DNA from: Octopus vulgaris | Lineage: Eukaryota | Assembly: GCA_951406725.2 (NCBI GenBank) | Contig: OX597832.1 | Coordinates: 61,380,001 to 61,444,000 of the forward strand | DNA length: 64,000 nt | Direction: 5' to 3' | Part shown: positions 60,563 through 64,000 of the stretch, one piece after another | Layout of the letters: every line of letters starts with the position of its first letter | How positions within the stretch are numbered: position 1 is the first letter of the stretch | Position numbers and translations under genes: made by a program | Notes under the pieces: model-generated | Told to the model about the DNA's origin: nothing | The model's input: the letters and a program-made list of their open reading frames with translations, nothing else | The model's database searches: none

Positions 60563-61684
60563 ATTATATGTATATATTTTGAAACAAATTGTATTTGTGA
60601 ATTTGTAAATTGTACCTAAATTGAAATGGATAGAACTAAAAGAAAAATAATCACGATTGCTTTCTCTTAATGTGTTATTGCAAAATATGCTTAGGAATGT
60701 CTTTTTACTTTACTATCCCATTATTGTTTACAGCCATTACCATACATGTAAATGTATATGTCTACATTTGTGTCTATATATCTCTACCTGTGTGTGTGTG
60801 TGTGTGTGGTTTTTTTTTTCCATTGATAGATTTTAATTGCTTCCTGTTTTCTTGGCGTTCGTGTGAATTGTGTTTCATTGAATTGTTACTTGCGGCTTAA
60901 TAAATCGTATATTTAAATATTTGTTTTATTCTTGTATGTCTAAAGATTAATAATGTTTTACCGCGTAATAATTGCGATTTAACTTTTGTTTTGTTTAGTT
61001 AATGTATAGAGACAGTACAGTAAATATATATATATTTATCGTAGAGTGAGATGCAGGATTCATTATCGTGATGAAAGAAAAGCTAAACGAAAAATCTTGA
61101 CAGTTTTAATGTCAATTACATAAATCTAGGTTCAATGGGGCCATTAGGTTAGTGTAACCAGTTTACAAAGTGTTTATCTAGCTCCCTAAACTAGTTCCCT
61201 AAATTGCTACATGTGAGAGTTGACGAGTATTTCTTTAGGCATTTGTGTTCAAATTCCACAGAAATCGATTTCGCCTTTCGTCATTTCGATGCCAATAAAA
61301 TACCAGTTGAATATTGGGTCACGTGCAATCGATTTAGCCATCTCTCGAAATTGCTGGCCTTGTGTCAAACACGAGAAAGAATGTTTATAGAAGTTTCAAA
61401 AAGTAAATAAGCAGCTTTTCCACCGACATATTTTGTTACGGTGAAAATATAACTTATGGTGGGACCCCTTTACGACTAACTAGCCTGCTTTTCTGAGATC
61501 TATATATTAACCGGTGTAGTTTTAGAAAATATTAATGTTTAACCTCCGATATCTAAAAATTGGAAATAATGAAATGAATCATCATGTACACCAGAAATTC
61601 CAGGTGTTTAGAACCTTATGTATGTCGTACCGATTAACCTACGTTTAGTGTATATGAATAGTGTATATATATATAAATTTAAAA

Positions 61685-62090
61685 TAATAAGGGTGAACAA
61701 TTGAATATTAATTTGATTAATATCAATTTAAAACCAATGGTCTAGCATATAGAAAAATCTGAAGATTCAGAAAAATTGTATTACATACGTATAAGAGGGA
61801 TTACCACTAAGTGGACATCCATTATGCGAGAAGTAGACCCCTTATGGTCTTACTATTAAGAAAGGATTGTTCTCAAGAAAATTTAGCAAACGCCAGAACG
61901 TAAGCGAGCAAGAGAAATGAAAAGATACAAAATATAAAGATTAATCACAAATCCGGTTTCATTGTTACCACTTACGTAATTACTTACGTAATTGTCCGCA
62001 GCTCATCAGTGTCATCGTCATAGCAAAATATAATTTGCAGAACTATACACGGGACGTCCACTTGGTGGCCATCCCTCTTACATGTGTATA
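61685..62090 (-). mobile_element. Penelope-type fragment with degenerate hammerhead and short inverted repeat
   Basis: Minus 61946-62012: aca CTGATGA ... GAAA CCGG; 61792-61820 is inverted to 62051-62079. Confidence 0.45.
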
Positions 62091-62416
62091 TATATAAGAT
62101 GTATAAGATATTTTTATACACAGAGAGCAGATCTTTGACAGGACTCCTTACATGCTAGAAAGGGAAGTTAAAACCCAAATCTCAAATAAAAAAGAGTTCA
62201 TGAGGCACGTTGTTATAACGCCAGAACGAACAAAAAATGAATAACTTAATCCCAAAATCGAGTTTCTCTATTAATTACCATATAAACTAATTTGGAATCT
62301 GTAGATCGTCAGCGAGATCCCTAATTAATGAATAATTTAGTAGTTGCAAAAATGTGCCAAAAACGCGTGAGCAAAACAACTACATCTACGATAGTAATTT
62401 TATATGTATATATATG

Positions 62417-62498
<82 letters not shown>

Positions 62499-62543
62499 CA
62501 TCCATCCACCCATCCATCCATCCATCCATCCATCCATCCATCC

Positions 62544-62601
<58 letters not shown>

Positions 62602-63062
62602 ATATACACATATATATACACATATATATACAGAGAAAGAGAGAGAAGAGAGTGAGTGTTTGAGAGTTTGTGTTGAATTTCAGTCATCTTCAATGAAGAT
62701 AATGTAACTCTGTAACTCCAAATAGAAAAGATACTTTACATATGAAGTATATTCAGGCAATATCATCGATATCTTTCTCTGCTTCCGACTCTGTCTGTCA
62801 GATAATAAGACGTAAACGTTCTCTCTTGTACACCTTCACTCTGGCTCTGACATACAGACAAAACATAGTCTGGTTTACTCTCCATCTCCTTCCCACATAC
62901 ACGTGCAGGACTTCTCTTAAAATGTCCTTCTGTCACCAGTTGTCAGATTCATTACAGTCAGTTGATGTCTCAAGTTCAGTGTGGCGTCTTATAGAGACAC
63001 ACATATGCAGTCTGGCGTCCGATCTTTTGCTTACGTACCACGTACACCCACACACATACATA

Positions 63063-63126
<64 letters not shown>

Positions 63127-63136
<10 letters not shown>

Positions 63137-63739
63137 AGTATATGAAAGAATGGAGTTGAACGACTAGTTAACAAATATCCTTTATTCTCGACATATGTTT
63201 CGAAGGCTGCATATTCCTAATTCCGAAGGAGTAAGGAGTACATTATGCAGATTTCTCATCAGGAAAATCAAGGAACTTATGTCGACATCAAAATGCACAA
63301 AAAACTTTTAGCTGACCGCTTTCTCATCAGGAAAATCAAGGAACTCATGTCGACATCAAAATGCACAAAAAACTTTTAGTTGACCGCTCTCTCCTTGAGA
63401 GCGGTCAACTAAAAGTTTTTTGTGCATTTTGATGTCGACATAAGTTCCTTGATTTTCCTGATGAGAAATCTGCATAATGTACTCCTTACTCCTTCGGAAT
63501 TAGGAATATGCAGCCTTCGAAACACATGTCGAGAATAAAGGATATTTGTTAACTAGTCGTTCAACTCCATTCTTTCATATACTTATAATTTTACAATAAA
63601 CATACAAATTTCCGCACGAAGACACGTAGTCTATGCCCTAGGAACGTAGCTTCAACCGTGTTCTTTCTGAGGTGAATTTGCTACCTAGGTATCGGTTATC
63701 TTTCGAATTATCCTTAATAAGATAATTCATTCAACTACT

Positions 63740-63743
<4 letters not shown>
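63127..63743 (+). mobile_element. Penelope-type pLTR with inverted 5' copy (about 197-bp palindrome arm)
   Basis: 63127-63391 versus 63397-63593 around loop tcctt; 68-bp tandem duplication in the left arm (63252-63319/63320-63387); (TA)n on both sides. Confidence 0.88.
63452..63536 (+). ncRNA. Type I hammerhead ribozyme with intact core and long stem II (mirror copy at 63184-63268 on -)
   Basis: Stem I attttc/gagaat; CTGATGA; stem II gaa..ctgcata...tatgcag..ttc; GAAA; CACATG (CATATG in the mirror copy); GUC site. Confidence 0.75.
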
Positions 63744-63799
<56 letters not shown>

Positions 63800-64000
63800 C
63801 AGATGATAGATAGATAAATAGATAAATAGATAACTTTCTTTATTGGCCACACAGAGCTAGACACAGAGGGGACAATTACAATGTAGAGTCTTTCTTTTCG
63901 AGTGCGGCGAAACAAAAGGGGGGACAACGATCAAAAGAGATCGAAATCGCTGGAGATATATGCAAAAACAAGTCAAAAAGGTACAAAATGTTCCCAAGAA

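Overview
Repeat-dominated, AT-rich animal genomic DNA. The extreme load of (TA)n, (CA)n, (TACA)n, (TCTA)n, (GAT/GGT)n and (TAA)n microsatellites plus the SINE families suggests an octopus (coleoid cephalopod) intronic or intergenic region; the organism is inferred. No intact host gene is evident and almost all listed ORFs are microsatellite artefacts. Recognisable content is decayed transposons: two Tc1/mariner transposases, a Penelope-like RT/GIY-YIG remnant, L1/Tx1 pieces, R4/Dong-type restriction-like-endonuclease LINEs, an RTE/BovB-like 5' UTR, a non-autonomous Helitron, MITEs and many tRNA-derived SINEs. The most notable structure is a 363-bp tandem array (48193-49166) with a minimal type I hammerhead ribozyme motif in each unit, a candidate non-LTR retrozyme. 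Also notable are several other hammerhead-bearing Penelope-type ends, often in fold-back form, a SINE that shares its 3' tail with Tx1 L1 and recurs joined to the same internal SINE position, and scattered minus-strand exon-like segments with weak ankyrin-repeat character. All calls are by eye; no searches were run.
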